Assembly: GCA_050486505.1 (NCBI GenBank)
Contig: JBJHDK010000011.1
Span: 1-49,188, forward strand
Origin: Fibrobacteria bacterium
GTDB lineage: Bacteria > Fibrobacterota > Fibrobacteria > UBA11236
Length of the DNA: 49,188 bases
Direction of reading: 5' to 3'
Shown: one piece after another, positions 17,902 through 27,379 of the stretch
How the letters are laid out: every line of letters starts with the position of its first letter
How positions within the stretch are numbered: the first letter of the stretch is position 1
Notes under the pieces: generated by a model
Database searches by the model: none
What the model was told of the DNA's origin: nothing
Seen by the model: the letters and a program-made list of their open reading frames with translations, nothing else
Translations under genes and position numbers: made by a program

Positions 17902-18953
17902 GCCGGTTGCAGCGATTTCGTCAGTTCACGCATGCGCGCGTGCAATGCGCGCGCCTCGGTGATGATTCCGGCCAGCACTGCGGGAGTGACGGCCTGCTTG
18001 GGATCATCGCCGACGCCGCGCTTGGGTTGGCAGTGCGTTTCGATCACGAGGCCGTCGGCACCGTAGGCGACCGCAGCCAGCGCGGCGTGCGGAACGTAGA
18101 CCGACTTGCCCACGCTGTGCGAGGGATCGACGATCACCGGTGCCCAGGTCTTTTCCTTGAGCAGCGGCGTGATGCACTCGTCGGGATGGTTGCGGTATCC
18201 GTCCATGTTGGGCATGGTGCCGCGGGGGCAAAGCATCACGTTGGGATTGCCCTGGGCGACGATGTATTCTCCCGCGAGGATGAACTCCGAAATGGGGCCC
18301 ATGTGCATGCTGCGCTTGAGCAGCACGCGCGTCTTGGTGCCCTTCGTCATGCGGCCGACTTCCTGCAGCAGGCGGTAGTTAAGGGCGCTGCGCGCGCCGA
18401 TCTGCAGGGAATCCACGCCGGCCTCGACGCAGAGTTTGGCCTGGTCGAAGTCCATGACCTCGGTGTTCACGGGAAGGCCGGTCTGGTCGCGCGCCTCCAG
18501 CAGGATGTAGAGGCTCTTCGCATCGCCCTGGTAGGAGTGCGGGGAGGTGCGGGGCTTCCAGACACCGCCGCGGATCATGTCGGCTCCGGCTTCCTTGACG
18601 GCGTGCGCGGTTTCGAAGAAGAAGTTCTTGTTGTTGGGGTCGATGGTGCACTGTCCCGCGATCACGGCGAAATCGCCGGGAACCGTCCGGTTGCCGATCG
18701 TGATGGTGTGGTGCGAGAGACGGCTCTCGCGCGCCATCAGCTTGTACGGGGTCTGTACCCGGTCGATGCGATCGATGTAGGCGAGACCTTCGATGCGGTT
18801 GATGAGTTCCTGGCTCGTTTCGTCGCCCATCAGGGCGTAAATCGAACGCTGCGCCCCGTGGATGGGCTGGATGCCGACATTGAACTCGGCCGCGATCTCG
18901 GTGATCTCTTGAAGTTCGGCGTCGGTCAGGCGGGGCTGCAGGGGAATGATCAT
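17898..18953 (-). CDS. aroF: DAHP synthase, class I-beta, with N-terminal ferredoxin-like regulatory domain
   Basis: 'IAGQC', 'RGGVWKPRTSP.SYQG', 'QIGAR', 'DPSH', 'IETH'. Confidence 0.93.
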   Translation of the reverse strand: MIIPLQPRLTDAELQEITEIAAEFNVGIQPIHGAQRSIYALMGDETSQELINRIEGLAYIDRIDRVQTPYKLMARESRLSHHTITIGNRTVPGDFAVIAGQCTIDPNNKNFFFETAHAVKEAGADMIRGGVWKPRTSPHSYQGDAKSLYILLEARDQTGLPVNTEVMDFDQAKLCVEAGVDSLQIGARSALNYRLLQEVGRMTKGTKTRVLLKRSMHMGPISEFILAGEYIVAQGNPNVMLCPRGTMPNMDGYRNHPDECITPLLKEKTWAPVIVDPSHSVGKSVYVPHAALAAVAYGADGLVIETHCQPKRGVGDDPKQAVTPAVLAGIITEARALHARMRELTKSLQPA

Positions 18954-18991
18954 GCGTTGAATCCGTTGCGTTTCGGGGAATCCGGATCACA

Positions 18992-19020
18992 ATTCTAGCC
19001 ATTTACGGGGGCTTGGGCAA
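18992..19020 (-). promoter_or_regulatory. Sigma70-type promoter of aroF-helicase
   Basis: TTGCCC-N17-TAGAAT. Confidence 0.6.
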
Positions 19021-19074
19021 CGCGCGGCCCGGGATCGCCTGGCTCCCGCGCGGCGTTGCGCGCCGACGCGGGCG

Positions 19075-20784
19075 TCAGGGAGTCACAAGCAACGGCTGGG
19101 CGCCGTATCCGGGAGCGCGGAACAGATAAATGCCGGGAGGGACGCGTTCCCCCGTCGTATCCCTGAGATCCCAATTCCACCGGGGGGAGGCCGTGTCCGG
19201 GGCCAGCGTGGCGACCCGTCGGCCTGTTTCGGAAACCACCGTCAGGGGACCGCTCAAGACGCCTTGGCCCGTGGCGAATTCCACAGTCGTGGCTTGGCCG
19301 CCTGCAGGGTTGGGCTGCGCCGACAGGCCGACACCGCCCGGAGAGATGGTCATTGAGCGCGCATTGCCCCCGGGGAAGGCGGAGTTGGCGACGGCGAGGA
19401 CGGGGTTTCCTGCCCCTTGCAGCGGCACGCCGGGGCCGGGAAGGAACAGGGCCTCCTGGCCCGCGGAGGAAACCCTCCAGGCACCGCTGATTTCAGGGAT
19501 TCCCACCCAATACCTCCCATGTTCCGAAGCCGGAACGATCCGGTAGGTTCCGGGAGGGAGGGTCAGCTGCGTGGTGCCCGACGACGGGGTTTCTTCGAGT
19601 CGTGGTCGGGGCCATTGCGCCATTCCGGGCGTGAAGGCGAGCGGTGAGGTCCCTGCGGCGGGAGTGCCGGCCAGCGTCATCGCGGCCGCGTAGGCGGTGA
19701 AGAGGCTGTCCCAGCGCGCCTGCGAGCCAAGACCCGCGACGAGGGCGGCGGGCAGGTTGTTTCCGTTGGCCTCCAGGGCCTCCCAGATCGGGCGGTCGAA
19801 ATCGGGGCCGAGGTTGTGCGACAGGAACATGTGGAAAATGCCGTTGCCGTAGTTGCGGAAGCTTCCGTCAAGGGGGTTCAGCACGTTCACCGCGTGATTG
19901 TCGGGAAGGATCGAGGGGAGATACTGGAAGTAGTCGTTGATGCCCGGCGCAAGGCGTTCCTCCATGCCGACCGCGGTCAGCTCGTACCACGCGTGCACGG
20001 GGTTGGGAAGCGAGGGCGTGTAGGCGAACTGCACGGCATGGTAGAACTCGTGCGCGATGGTCACCCTGAGCCCCATGTCCCATTCGACGTTGTAATTCCT
20101 GAACTCACCGGCAATGAAGGGGCGCAGCGGAGTTCCCGTCACTTCACCGGTGGTCGGTTGGTAGGAGGCAGCGTAGAGGAAGTCGTTCTCCACGATGATG
20201 GATCCTCCCGAGGAGGGAGCGCGCGTGATTCCGTAGTTCGGGCCCCACATTCCCGTGGCATTTCCCATGTCAGCGATGTCCACCACGTAACGGCCCTGGC
20301 CCTGCGCATTGTACACCGTCGAGGCGCTCGCGTATTCGGGAAGGCGCATGCCGATGGAGTCCAGGTGCGCGCGCGCCGCCTCGAGGTATTCTCCCGCGCG
20401 AACCGCATAGAGGGGATGGGGGGACTCCATGGAGTCGAGCACCGCGTGCAGGGTCGAGTCGCGCCGGTTGACGGTGAGCCCGGGAGACAGTGCCGCCAGC
20501 ACGGAATCGGCGCGGGCACGCAGCAGGGAATCCTGCGGCGTCCACCGCACGCGGTGAACGTTGGGGGCGACGGTGTAATGGATCGCGAAGTTCGGGGTCA
20601 GCAGGGTGCGCGCGGACCGTGTTCCGGTCTGCATTCGCGCCGACAGCACGGCGGCGCCGGCCGTTCCGGGGATCGGCGCATGGTGCAGCGTCGCACAGGA
20701 ACGCACGGGGTGGGGTTGCGCCGAATGGACGATCCCCGGGGTGGAGACGGACAGGACAAGCGGGATGAGCAAGAGGGCGCGCAC
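19075..20784 (-). CDS. Secreted zinc metalloprotease-like protein (MXAN_6640-like) with a C-terminal FlgD-Ig/sorting-like domain
   Basis: Signal peptide, 'NFAIHY', 'AHEFYHAVQ...WYELTAVGMEE', C-terminal 'PNP...WDLRD..G.RVPPGIY'. Confidence 0.75.
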   Translation of the reverse strand: MRALLLIPLVLSVSTPGIVHSAQPHPVRSCATLHHAPIPGTAGAAVLSARMQTGTRSARTLLTPNFAIHYTVAPNVHRVRWTPQDSLLRARADSVLAALSPGLTVNRRDSTLHAVLDSMESPHPLYAVRAGEYLEAARAHLDSIGMRLPEYASASTVYNAQGQGRYVVDIADMGNATGMWGPNYGITRAPSSGGSIIVENDFLYAASYQPTTGEVTGTPLRPFIAGEFRNYNVEWDMGLRVTIAHEFYHAVQFAYTPSLPNPVHAWYELTAVGMEERLAPGINDYFQYLPSILPDNHAVNVLNPLDGSFRNYGNGIFHMFLSHNLGPDFDRPIWEALEANGNNLPAALVAGLGSQARWDSLFTAYAAAMTLAGTPAAGTSPLAFTPGMAQWPRPRLEETPSSGTTQLTLPPGTYRIVPASEHGRYWVGIPEISGAWRVSSAGQEALFLPGPGVPLQGAGNPVLAVANSAFPGGNARSMTISPGGVGLSAQPNPAGGQATTVEFATGQGVLSGPLTVVSETGRRVATLAPDTASPRWNWDLRDTTGERVPPGIYLFRAPGYGAQPLLVTP

Positions 20785-20788
20785 CGGG

Positions 20789-21484
20789 TCACCCGATCAG
20801 CTTGTATCCGGATCCGTGGATGGATAATATGACGCGCGGCTTTTTCGGGTTTTCCTCGAGAAGCTTGCGCAGTTGGACAACGTGGTTGTCCACGGTGCGG
20901 CTCTGGATGTATCCCTCGACGCCCCAGATCTTGTGGAGGATTTCCTCGCGCGTGACCACCTGGTTGCGGCGCTCCCAAAGCAGCTTGAGGATCTCGGCCT
21001 CCTTGTAGGTCAGGCGGCGCGTTTCGCCGCCGACTTCCGCGGTCAGGGCGTTGAAATCCACGCGCGCATTCGCGATGCGGGCCTCGTCGGGAACGGGGGA
21101 GTGCCCGCCGCCCGGGCCTCGCCGCCGCAGCAGGCTGCGCGCGCGCGCCAGCAGCACGTTGAGGTCGAAGGGTTTCGCGAGATAGTCGTCGGCCCCGCTG
21201 TCGAGGCCGGCCACGACGTCATCCTCCGAGTCGCGCGCGGTCAGAAGCAGCACGGGTTCTTCCACGCCGTTGCGCCGCAGGTTGCGCAACAGTTCGACGC
21301 CGTCCTTTCCCGGCAACATCCAGTCGAGGATGTAAAGGTCGAACGCGGCCCCGGCCTTCAGGACGCCCTCCGCCGACTCTGCGTCCGAAAGCACGGTGAC
21401 GTCGTAGCCGGCCGCACGCAGGTTGTACGAAAGGCCCAGCGCCAGGCTTTGATCGTCTTCGACGAGCAGGATTCGCGCATTCAT
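20789..21484 (-). CDS. OmpR-family response regulator
   Basis: 'LLVEDD', 'DWMLP', 'GADDYLAKPF', 'SRTVDNHV..LRK', 'G.GYK'. Confidence 0.95.
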   Translation of the reverse strand: MNARILLVEDDQSLALGLSYNLRAAGYDVTVLSDAESAEGVLKAGAAFDLYILDWMLPGKDGVELLRNLRRNGVEEPVLLLTARDSEDDVVAGLDSGADDYLAKPFDLNVLLARARSLLRRRGPGGGHSPVPDEARIANARVDFNALTAEVGGETRRLTYKEAEILKLLWERRNQVVTREEILHKIWGVEGYIQSRTVDNHVVQLRKLLEENPKKPRVILSIHGSGYKLIG

Positions 21485-22401
21485 GGCTGCGCCAGGGGGA
21501 TCCGGATGACGAATTCGTTGCCGGGAGGGTCGTGCAGGGGGAGCGCGAGTGCCTCTCCCTTGTGAAGCCGGGCGATGCTGCGCACGATGTAAAGCCCGAG
21601 CCCCACGCCGCCCTGCCTGCGAGTGGCCAGGTTGGGAATGCGGTAGAACTTCTGGAAGATGCGCTTGAGGTACTTCCTTTCGAGCGGTTTTCCGCCGTCG
21701 CGCACCGAAAAGCGCGCGAACGCTCCTTCGCGCCGCACGGTCAGCGCGGGAACAGAGCCTCGCCCGTACTTTTCGGCATTGGTGAGCAGGTTCGACAGGG
21801 CGGTTTCTAGGAGGTCGGGATCGGCTTCGATGCGGAGGCCTTGCTCCGCTTCATGGGTGAGGGGACGCGGCCATTTCGACGCGATGCCTTCCACGACGGC
21901 ATTTGCGGGCACGGTCTTGCGGTGCACCAGCAACTGACGATCCTCGATCTGCTGGATTTTCAGAAGCTGGTCGATGAGCTGGCCCAGGCGCGTGCATTCG
22001 GCCAGGATCCCGTCGGCAAAACGGTCGTGCTCCTCCGGGGGAAGGGGCTGCTGGCGGAGCGTCTGCGCCAACAGCTGGATTCCGGAAAGCGGGAGGCGCA
22101 ACTCGTGCGTCATCATGTTCGTGAAGTCGCGCTGGCGCTGCTTGAACAGGTTGTTGCGCATCACCGAGGCGAAAAAAAGCGAAAGCGACACGATGAGCAT
22201 GACGCAGGCGGTGATTCCCGCCACGAGAACGATCCAGCGCATTCCCGAAGAGGCGACTTCGCCGCCGTGCAGGGATTCCTGCAATTCGCGGATGGTGAGG
22301 TAGTCGCCGATCATGTACACGTTCCAGAACACGATCAGCGCGACCGCCATGCACAGGGCGATCACGAAGAGGGTGATGTAGATGGCATTGCGTAGCTTCA
22401 T
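21481..22401 (-). CDS. Sensor histidine kinase
   Basis: Two TM helices, 'THELRLPL', 'NLLTNAEKY', 'F.KFYR', 'GVGLGL'; stop overlaps the regulator start. Confidence 0.92.
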   Translation of the reverse strand: MKLRNAIYITLFVIALCMAVALIVFWNVYMIGDYLTIRELQESLHGGEVASSGMRWIVLVAGITACVMLIVSLSLFFASVMRNNLFKQRQRDFTNMMTHELRLPLSGIQLLAQTLRQQPLPPEEHDRFADGILAECTRLGQLIDQLLKIQQIEDRQLLVHRKTVPANAVVEGIASKWPRPLTHEAEQGLRIEADPDLLETALSNLLTNAEKYGRGSVPALTVRREGAFARFSVRDGGKPLERKYLKRIFQKFYRIPNLATRRQGGVGLGLYIVRSIARLHKGEALALPLHDPPGNEFVIRIPLAQP

Positions 22402-22423
22402 GGGCGGCTGCAGGGGAGGCGCC

Positions 22424-24040
22424 TCATAAACTACTACCGCGACGCCCCCGTGCCGCGGCCAGAAGCGCTCCCCATCCCGCCAGGGTGATGAGGAGAGCCG
22501 CGTCGATCCAGCTTCCGGCCGCGGCATACGCAGTGCGTCGATCAGGCGTGTGCACGGTGCGGCGCAGCACGGTGCTGTCCATCAGCGCGGTGCGGCCAAG
22601 GTCGCGCCCCCACGCGTCGTAGAAGACACTCACTCCGTTGTTGGCCGCCCGCGCCACCGGGAATCCGTTCTCGGCGGCGCGGAAGCGGGCGATGTTCGCG
22701 TGCTGGTAGGGGCCGTTGGTGCGTCCGAACCACCCGTCGTTGGTGACGTTGACCAACAGGAGAGCCCCGGTATTGCGCGCCTGGCGGGCGAACGATGGAT
22801 AGATCACCTCGTAGCAGATCGACGGAGACCAGGGCACGCGATCCCCCCACAGGCGGTGTCCATCACCGGGACTGAAGCCTCCGTCCCCGAGATTCACGTA
22901 GTTGATCACGGGAAAGATGCCGTTGAAGGGGAGCTTTTCACTGAAGGGGACCAGCCGCAGCTTCGCGTATTCGTCGGGCCACCCTTCGACTCCCGGGCGG
23001 AACAGGAAGGCCGAGTTGAAGAAACGGTAGTCGCTCCACGGGAGGCGCTCGGGGACGTAGTGCAACGCCCCGGTGAGCACGGTCGCACCCGTCATGCGCG
23101 CGATGGCGCGGAGGGAGTCGGCGATTTGCGGTCGCGTGCGCAGAAAGTCGGGAACAGCCGTCTCGGGGAAGAGGATCAGGTCCGCGCCGCGCACGGGAGC
23201 GAGGTCTTCCGCGGCGCCTTCCACCGTACGGAAGGTCTTGCCCATGACCGCCTGGAAATATTCTTCGCCCCATTTCTTCGTCTGGGGGATGGAGGGCTGC
23301 ACGAGCGCGATGTCGAGGCGCGGCGCATCGCGGTCGTCGGCGCGCAGCAGCACGATGCCTCCATGCAATGCGAGCAGAACGGGGACTGCGACGAAGGCCG
23401 CGTACCAGGCCGCCCTGCGTCCGGATTCCGCGTACAACGCGCGGGCCAGCAGCAGGTTCGCGGCCACCATCGCGGCGGAGAGCCCGTAAACGCCCCACCA
23501 TCCCACCGATTGGAACAGCACGGGCCAGTTTCCCAGCGTGTAGCCGAGGTTGGTCCAGGGGAAGGACATTTCGCCCACGGCGCGCGCCGCCTCAAGCCCG
23601 GCCCATGCGAATGGAAACAGCAGCAGGAGCAGCGTCCGCCGGCGCGCGTCGAGCGCCCTGCGGAACGCCCAGCCCGCGAGCCCGTTGAACAGGGAGAGAA
23701 AGAGGATCAGGAGCACCAATCCGAAGGCGATCAGCAGGGCGGGCCCCACCTTCATCACGTTGTAGATCCACCAGCACATCACGGTGTTGTAGGCGAGGCC
23801 CGCGAGGAACCAGGCCCGGAAGGCCTGGCGCGGCGTCAGCGCGAAGGTCGCAAGGAATGCGGGGGCGAGCACGACGAAGCCGAGCAGGCCGAACGGGAAC
23901 GGCGGATAACACAACGCCCACACGATCGATGCGAGCAGGATTGTGGCACGGGGGGCGTTCAGGATGACGCCGACGAGAGGGGGGTGGGGGGGCGTCTTCG
24001 CGGCCGGATCTTCGGAGGGGGCGGGGATCCCGTCTCTCAT
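22424..24040 (-). CDS. lnt: Apolipoprotein N-acyltransferase
   Basis: Multiple TM helices, 'FPW..LGY', catalytic 'PETA', 'YAK.RLVPF.E', 'ICYE', 'TNDGWFG'. Confidence 0.95.
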   Translation of the reverse strand: MRDGIPAPSEDPAAKTPPHPPLVGVILNAPRATILLASIVWALCYPPFPFGLLGFVVLAPAFLATFALTPRQAFRAWFLAGLAYNTVMCWWIYNVMKVGPALLIAFGLVLLILFLSLFNGLAGWAFRRALDARRRTLLLLLFPFAWAGLEAARAVGEMSFPWTNLGYTLGNWPVLFQSVGWWGVYGLSAAMVAANLLLARALYAESGRRAAWYAAFVAVPVLLALHGGIVLLRADDRDAPRLDIALVQPSIPQTKKWGEEYFQAVMGKTFRTVEGAAEDLAPVRGADLILFPETAVPDFLRTRPQIADSLRAIARMTGATVLTGALHYVPERLPWSDYRFFNSAFLFRPGVEGWPDEYAKLRLVPFSEKLPFNGIFPVINYVNLGDGGFSPGDGHRLWGDRVPWSPSICYEVIYPSFARQARNTGALLLVNVTNDGWFGRTNGPYQHANIARFRAAENGFPVARAANNGVSVFYDAWGRDLGRTALMDSTVLRRTVHTPDRRTAYAAAGSWIDAALLITLAGWGALLAAARGRRGSSL

Positions 24041-24759
24041 CGCTTACCCTGCGGGTGAAAGAGCACCACGTATTCCCCGCGCGGGGTGCGTTCCGCATAA
24101 TGCGCGCGCAGCGTGGCGACGCTCCCACGCAGGAACTCCTCGAATTTCTTGGTCAGTTCGCGCGCGGCGACCACATGAAAATCTTCGCCGAACACCTGTC
24201 CGATTTCCTCGAGGAAGGAGACGATCTGGTAGGGGGCAACGTAGAAGATCACCGTGGGCGCGTGCGCTTCATCTTCGGGCCACTTGGCCTTGATCTGTTC
24301 AAGCTTTCGCAGGCGCTGCGCGGACTTCTTCGGGGGGAAATTCTCGAAGGAAAAGCGGTCGGTGGGCAGGCCCGAGGCGGTGAGCGCCGCCAGCAGCGCC
24401 GAGGGCCCGGGCACGGGAATCACCGCGAGGTTTTCCGCAAGTGCCGACTTCACGAGATTGAAGGCTGGGTCGGCGATGCCCGGCGTGCCCGCGTCGCAGA
24501 TCAGGGCCACGACCTCGCCGTCCCGCAAGCGTTGCAGGTAGGCTTCGGAAACGCGCTCCTTGTTGAAGTCGTGATACGGTTCCAGTGGCTTGCGGATGTC
24601 GAAATGATCGAGCAGCACGCGCGAGTGCCGGGTGTCCTCGGCCAGGACGCGATCGCACTCGCGCAGCACACGCACTGCGCGGTACGTGATGTCCTCGAGG
24701 TTACCGATCGGCGTCGCGACGAGATACAAGCCGGGGGAGAGAGGCGGGGCGTCCGACAT
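24037..24759 (-). CDS. rsmI: 16S rRNA C1402 2'-O-methyltransferase
   Basis: 'LYLVATPIGNLEDIT.RA', 'AEDTR', 'DAGTPGIADP', 'RELTK.FEE'. Confidence 0.96.
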   Translation of the reverse strand: MSDAPPLSPGLYLVATPIGNLEDITYRAVRVLRECDRVLAEDTRHSRVLLDHFDIRKPLEPYHDFNKERVSEAYLQRLRDGEVVALICDAGTPGIADPAFNLVKSALAENLAVIPVPGPSALLAALTASGLPTDRFSFENFPPKKSAQRLRKLEQIKAKWPEDEAHAPTVIFYVAPYQIVSFLEEIGQVFGEDFHVVAARELTKKFEEFLRGSVATLRAHYAERTPRGEYVVLFHPQGKR

Positions 24760-24775
24760 GGGGGGGAAGGTAGGA

Positions 24776-25003
24776 AGTTGTGAGTGATGAGTTATGAATG
24801 ATGAGTGGAGAGCAATGCAACAATAGAGCAATAGAACAATGGAACGCAAGAAAGGTAGAGGTATGGGGTAATGGGTAACGGGTGCAGCTACATGGACAGG
24901 TGTGTTTCACTCCTGTTCCTGATCGATATTGTATGACCCGTCACCTGACATCTGACACCTCCTACCTCCTACCCCCTCTTGTCGCAATGCTCTATTGCCC
25001 TCT
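24776..25003. repeat. Mosaic of 7-8-mer tandem arrays
   Basis: (TGAGTTA)-like, (CAATAGAG)-like and (GGGTAA)-like units on the left; (TGACACC)-like, (CCTACCT) and (CTCTATTG) units on the right. Confidence 0.75.
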
Positions 25004-25939
25004 TCCAAACTGATACACCATCTGCAGCACGAGGCGCATCGACTGCAACGTCCACTCGGCGCGGTCGGCAGGGGCGGTGTCGAGCAAGAGGTCCCAGTCG
25101 GCATCGCTGCGGAAGCTGAGCCGCGAAAAGGCCAGGCCTCCGGTGAAGGCGAAGCGGCGGTCGAAATCCTGTTGGAAGCCGACTTGCACTTCGAAGCCGG
25201 CGCCGGCCGGGTCCGTCCGCGCGGCCAGGGTTCCACCGTCCGCGCGGAGGCCCGTGGTTCCGAAGCTCCAGAAGTGGGTGTACGCAGCGTACAGGCCGGG
25301 CTTTCCGCTGACGGTGAGGAAGGACACCGGCACCAGCCAGCGCGCGCCGAGGCCGGCCAGGTGCGCCTGTGTGGTGTAGGCGTACTCCTGCGCGGGCTCG
25401 TTGTCGCGTTGCGCGAGGCCGGTGATGGTGTAGCCCAGTCGTTCGGGACGGGTGTAGGCGGCTTGCACGGGGTTCGAGAGCAAGTGTTCGGTGCGCAACC
25501 ACAGGTCGAAGTGGGAAAACACCGGATACCCCAACAACAGGCCCGTCGGGAAGAAGATGTGCACGGGATCCTGGCGTTGCAGGATGCGTTGCCCGGCGGC
25601 GTTCGCGCGGGCCGTCATGTGAGCGGCGAACAGGTCGCTTGCGGAGTGGTTTCCGAATGCGATGCCGGCGGTGAATCCTGCATAGGGGCCGCGTCGCTGC
25701 ATCTTGCCGGCCAGACTGTCGCGCCGGCTCGCGGCATCGATGGTATCAGGGAGGGTGTCTTGGGCGACGGCGCCTGCCTCCACCGCTCGGATGAGCGCGG
25801 CGCGTGCCGAGTCGGACATGAAGGCGGGGGGAGGGCCGCCACCTGCATCTTGCGCGGAAGCGGGCATTGCCAGGAAGCCGCAGGCGATGAGCAATGCGGA
25901 GATTCCGCGTCGGATCCCGATCCCGGGGCCGGCTGTCAT
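24992..25939 (-). CDS. Hypothetical secreted/outer-membrane beta-barrel protein
   Basis: Signal peptide 'ASA-Q', alternating beta strands, C-terminal 'LQMVYQF'. Confidence 0.65.
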   Translation of the reverse strand: MTAGPGIGIRRGISALLIACGFLAMPASAQDAGGGPPPAFMSDSARAALIRAVEAGAVAQDTLPDTIDAASRRDSLAGKMQRRGPYAGFTAGIAFGNHSASDLFAAHMTARANAAGQRILQRQDPVHIFFPTGLLLGYPVFSHFDLWLRTEHLLSNPVQAAYTRPERLGYTITGLAQRDNEPAQEYAYTTQAHLAGLGARWLVPVSFLTVSGKPGLYAAYTHFWSFGTTGLRADGGTLAARTDPAGAGFEVQVGFQQDFDRRFAFTGGLAFSRLSFRSDADWDLLLDTAPADRAEWTLQSMRLVLQMVYQFGRGQ

Positions 25940-26529
25940 GCGCCGTCCTCGCCACGATAGAGTTCGTGCGCACGGATGTAGTCGGCCACGGGCGGGGGAA
26001 GCTCCCTGAGCGCGGAGTCGCGTTCGGAGCCTCCCTGCCGCAGGCGCGCGCGCAACGTGGTCGAACGATGCGGCATCTCGGGGAAGTCGAGCAGGGAAAC
26101 CCCCTCGGGCAGCGGACCCACGGGATGCCCGGGCCTGGGGAAAACCGCGGGAGAGGCCCCCCGCATCACCTCATCGGGCCGGTACCAGGCAGGGAATCCC
26201 TCCCAGTTGTCGGAACCGATCAGCAGGTGCCAGGTGTGTCCTTCACCGAAGCGTTCCTTGAGCGCCAGAAGGGTTCGCAAGGTGTAGGACGGGGGGGGCA
26301 GGCGGGCTTCCACGTCGGAGCTTTCCGAGGCGGAATCTCCGGCAATCAGGGCCTGCGTCATCGCCAGCCTGTGCGCGAAGGCGGTGGTGGGGGCTTCTTT
26401 GTGGGGTGGCCGTGCCGTGGGAACCCAGACCAGCCTGTCGAGGCCGAGCTGCGCTCTTGCCGCGCGGGCCAAGGCGGCATGTGCCGAGTGGGGAGGGTCG
26501 AAGGAGCCGCCGAAGACGCCGATGCGCAT
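25936..26529 (-). CDS. nadD: Nicotinate-nucleotide adenylyltransferase
   Basis: 'GVFGGSFDPPH.AH', 'PPHK', 'SYT..TL', 'IGSD', 'ST.LR'. Confidence 0.95.
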   Translation of the reverse strand: MRIGVFGGSFDPPHSAHAALARAARAQLGLDRLVWVPTARPPHKEAPTTAFAHRLAMTQALIAGDSASESSDVEARLPPPSYTLRTLLALKERFGEGHTWHLLIGSDNWEGFPAWYRPDEVMRGASPAVFPRPGHPVGPLPEGVSLLDFPEMPHRSTTLRARLRQGGSERDSALRELPPPVADYIRAHELYRGEDGA

Positions 26530-26539
26530 GGAGAGCCCG

Positions 26540-27355
26540 CTACGGGGAGGACCGTTGCCTTTCCTCACGCTCGCGGACGCGTTCCTGGCGCGCCTTGGCG
26601 CGCTCGAGCTGGTTGCGCAGCCGCTGCACCTGCCGGGCGAAGGGGTCGTCCTCGGCGATTCCGTCGAATTGTGCGAGGATGTTGTCTGCTTCGTCGAACT
26701 GCGACAGCTTGATGTAACTCTCGGCGAGCTTGAGATTGATCTCGCGGCGTGGCACCCGGTCACCGTAATCGCGCAGCAGCTGCCGATAATAGATGGCCGC
26801 AGCCAGGGGTTCGTTCATTCGGCTGTAGAGGCGCGCGATGAGCATGTCGCGTTCCGCGAGCAACTGGCCGAGGCGGGCGAGTTCGGCTCGTGCGCTGTCG
26901 GCGCGATCGGACAGGGGGAACTCCGCCGCGAACCCCTCGAACTCGCGGATGGCTTCAAGCGTTTTGGTCTGGTCGCGTTGGGGAATCTTGACCTGGTTGC
27001 CGAGGCTGCGGGCGAGTTGCCAGCGAGCGCGCTCGCCGAAACGCCGGGAGTTGGGATAGTCGCGGAGGAAGGCTGAAAATTCGATTTCGGCCTCCAGCCA
27101 CTCCTTGAGCTGGAAGTGGGAGTCGGCAAGTTCGTAGTGGGCCTGTTCGGCGTGTTCGGTACCGGCGCAGGTCATGATGAAGTCGGCATAGCCCTGCTTG
27201 GCATACGCATAGCGGCCGCGCTCGTAGCGCTCGTGGATGCGCTCGAAGCGCTCCTGGCAATCACCGCGCAGGTCGCGGGGCTTGCTGGAACATTGGATGA
27301 GGACGAGGGCGGCGCCCGAGAGCATGGCGGCGCGGAAGATGAAAGATCGGATCAT
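26540..27355 (-). CDS. bamD: Outer membrane assembly lipoprotein BamD
   Basis: Lipoprotein Cys, TPR repeats, 'RDQ..T..A...F..F...FP.S', 'IA.LY......AA..YY'. Confidence 0.88.
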   Translation of the reverse strand: MIRSFIFRAAMLSGAALVLIQCSSKPRDLRGDCQERFERIHERYERGRYAYAKQGYADFIMTCAGTEHAEQAHYELADSHFQLKEWLEAEIEFSAFLRDYPNSRRFGERARWQLARSLGNQVKIPQRDQTKTLEAIREFEGFAAEFPLSDRADSARAELARLGQLLAERDMLIARLYSRMNEPLAAAIYYRQLLRDYGDRVPRREINLKLAESYIKLSQFDEADNILAQFDGIAEDDPFARQVQRLRNQLERAKARQERVREREERQRSSP

Positions 27356-27379
27356 GTCGGGGTCGCGTTCCTGGGGGCG

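Noticed and set aside
24760..24849. rsmI upstream extension (MRSIVLLLYCC...)
   Set aside because: Translation of repeat DNA; the conserved RsmI N-terminus begins after 24759
25436..25490. Possible in-frame insertion 'LLSNPVQAAYTRPERLG' in the hypothetical barrel
   Set aside because: No terminal repeats or clear target duplication; cannot be judged without homologues
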